From Neoconidiobolus thromboides FSU 785 (Eukaryota > Fungi > Entomophthoromycota): a stretch of 64,000 nt of DNA. The translations under genes and the position numbers were made by a program. Positions 62,002 through 64,000 of this stretch are shown here, in pieces. The notes under the pieces are model-generated. The model was not told the origin of the DNA and made no database searches. It saw nothing but the letters and a program-made list of their open reading frames with translations. Within the stretch, counting starts at the first letter, position 1, and each line of letters starts with the position of its first letter. The stretch is taken from the NCBI GenBank assembly GCA_025603075.1, contig MU626329.1, forward strand, positions 33,102 to 97,101. Reading direction: 5' to 3'.

Positions 62002-62517
62002 TTAATAGCCGATCCCACCAAATCCACGATACCCGCCGTATCCCCCTAACCCATGAAACATCCCACCACACGATTGACAGCCACCGTAACCATGGAATAA
62101 GCCCCCACATGATGGACAAGGAGGTTGTTCTTGCTCGCAAGGAGGCTGTTGTTCTTGTTCACAAGGAGGCTGTTGTTCTTGTTCATAAGGAGGTTGTTGC
62201 TCTGGTTGTTGATATTGAGCATTATCCCCTTTAACGTTAACATTTTGATTTACATAAATGTTTGGATTGGTGGATTGAGGACAGGGTTGTTGTTCTTGAG
62301 GACAGGGTTGTTGTTCTTGTGGACAGGGTTGTTGTTCTTGTGGACAAGGTTGTTCTCCTTGGCCGTAAGCCCCACCACCATAATTTACAGCACCAGATTG
62401 AACACTTGGATTAACATTACCAGCTAAGTTAATGTTATATGGTTGGTGGACATTATTTAAATAAGTACAGTTTACAAAGTAAACAATGGTTAAGGACAAA
62501 AACAGTTTGTTGAACAT
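62002..62517 (-). CDS. Secreted Cys/Gln/Pro (PCPQEQQ) repeat protein
   Basis: 171 aa; signal peptide, 4x QPCPQ, NPNIYVNQNVNV, CPSCGGLFHGYGGCQSCG, GY-rich tail. Confidence 0.8.
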   Translation of the reverse strand: MFNKLFLSLTIVYFVNCTYLNNVHQPYNINLAGNVNPSVQSGAVNYGGGAYGQGEQPCPQEQQPCPQEQQPCPQEQQPCPQSTNPNIYVNQNVNVKGDNAQYQQPEQQPPYEQEQQPPCEQEQQPPCEQEQPPCPSCGGLFHGYGGCQSCGGMFHGLGGYGGYRGFGGIGY

Positions 62518-63054
62518 TATTGTAGAATGTTTGTTAAGTATTAGAACACTTTTTTTAGTGAGGTTTTAAAGGATATGATGTGGTTTTTATATATTTTAGT
62601 TTGTTATATTCGAGCTTCTAAATTGTTTTCATTTATTGATTTTTGAATTAGTTTAAGTTTTTAATAATTTTAGCATGTAGTTAATATTAACTTTATTCTA
62701 TTTTGTATTAAAATTTATTAATTGAATTGATAAGTAATAAGTTTTAGTATGTTTTATACTTCAATCAATGAATTAAATATACTAAAATAGATACTTAGTA
62801 ATTAAGTTAACTTTAAATTATTAACTATTTAAGATATGATCACAAATCCTATTTAAAAGTGATTAAATAAGTTAGTTTAGTTTAAATTTAAATTTTAATA
62901 TTTCGATATTTATTAATATCAATTGAATCACTCAAATTTTATAGAAACCTTATTAAAAGTTCAAAATTATTATGTAGCATAAAAGTATGAATATAATTTT
63001 AAATATTATTTCTACATATAGAAGCAGAAGTCTCTGTTTCAGAGTTTGTAAAAA

Positions 63055-63161
63055 ATATGGGAGTGTTTTTTTTAATTTCATTACTTTTTCCATTTTTTAA
63101 GCACTATTTAAGCGGAAAATTTGTTAGTAAAATTCTTGAACACAAAAATACATCCCCATAT
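63055..63161 (-). mobile_element. ~105-bp TIR element copy (107 bp)
   Basis: ATATGGGAGTGTTTTT...TTTTAAGCACTATTTAAGCGGAAAATTTGTTAGTAAAATTCTTGAACACAAAAATACATCCCCATAT. Confidence 0.8.
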
Positions 63162-63646
63162 AGTAAATAATCAATTGTAGAATACATAGAGTCATTGATG
63201 AGGTATTTTATTATTGAGATTTATTAAATGTTGATTTGTCTTGTCGATTTAAAAGTATTATAAAATGAGTACTTATTAAAGCTTAAATCTGTATGTGTAG
63301 CAAAAAAGAAGTACCTAAATTATAAAAATATATTTAAATTTTATAATAGTATTAATAAATAATAAAAAAGATTTAGACACTTTAAGTTATCCTTAAACAA
63401 AATTTTATTGGAAATTATTAATATAAGGGACCTTTTAAGTATAGAAAAAAGATTTTGAGAAGAGCATTTGTGGTTTATTTTTGTCTTTTTTAAACATAAT
63501 AATCGAATGTTAAGCAACACAAATAGAATACTAGATAAAAAGATAATAGAATATTAACCCCAAACAACATAAAAATAGTTATAAAATATTTTATTTTATT
63601 TTTATCGATCAAGACAAAAAGTTTCTCTTACACTTCTTATCAATTT

Positions 63647-64000
63647 TTAAAAACCATAACCACCTCGTAATCCAGCAATACCTTGAAACATAGCATCAAC
63701 TGCTCCACATGATTGACATCCACCATAACCATGCATCATATTACCGCATGACGCGCAAGGTGTTTGAATTGGCTCTTGCACTTGGTCGTAGATTGGAGTT
63801 GGTTGATCCTGTTCAACTTCAGTTTTATTATCTTCGACGTTGACATTTTGATTTACATAAATGTTTGGGCTGGGCTGAGCGGTTTGTGTGCATGGCTGTG
63901 GTTGTGGTTCAGGTTGAGGACATGGTTGTGGCTGTGGTTCAGGTTGAGGGCATGGTTGTGGTTGTGGTTCAGGTTGAGGACATGGTTGAGGCTGTGGTTC
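63647..64000 (-). CDS. Paralogue of the PCPQ-repeat protein, 3' part (continues beyond window)
   Basis: EPQPQPCPQP x4, SPNIYVNQNVNV, PCASCGNMMHGYGGCQSCG, LRGGYGF*. Its start lies outside the window, so it is not in the ORF track. Confidence 0.8.
   Translation of the reverse strand, partial: EPQPQPCPQPEPQPQPCPQPEPQPQPCPQPEPQPQPCTQTAQPSPNIYVNQNVNVEDNKTEVEQDQPTPIYDQVQEPIQTPCASCGNMMHGYGGCQSCGAVDAMFQGIAGLRGGYGF

Overview
AT-rich eukaryotic DNA with short (about 40-60 nt) GT-AG introns, most consistent with an early-diverging fungus. An entomophthoralean/Conidiobolus-like genome is my inference from composition and gene content, not a database result. The window has two compartments. (1) An accessory-like zone (1-41.7 kb and 62-64 kb) holds five intronless rhodopsin-like 7TM receptor paralogues, five tRNA genes plus a tRNA-Leu relic, and about 15 copies of a ~105-bp element with short terminal inverted repeats. 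It also holds many intronless secreted proteins: DEPKK-repeat, Thr-rich repeat, GSSGTP-repeat family (one intact, one truncated, one pseudogene), Gly-rich prepropeptide, PCPQ-repeat pair, CAP and NPC2/ML. A two-gene core island (SCS2/VAP, AIR1/2) sits inside this zone. (2) A compact, mostly intron-rich core block (41.7-61.3 kb) contains a kelch membrane protein, NASP/Hif1, KIN28/CDK7, GPI16, FANCL, TRM112, HAP5, ZNHIT2 and IML1/DEPDC5, with no copy of the repeat. The best leads are: the ~105-bp element, found 5' of every tRNA gene and of the tRNA relic; the class-A-like GPCR array; a cluster of six CCAAT boxes upstream of the CCAAT-binding subunit HAP5; and secreted repeat proteins with Tyr/Gly- or Cys-rich ends that may form a cross-linked wall or adhesive. 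Two N gaps (14985-15084, 34289-34973) fall inside repeat-protein genes. Multi-exon genes are given as whole-gene spans assembled by eye.
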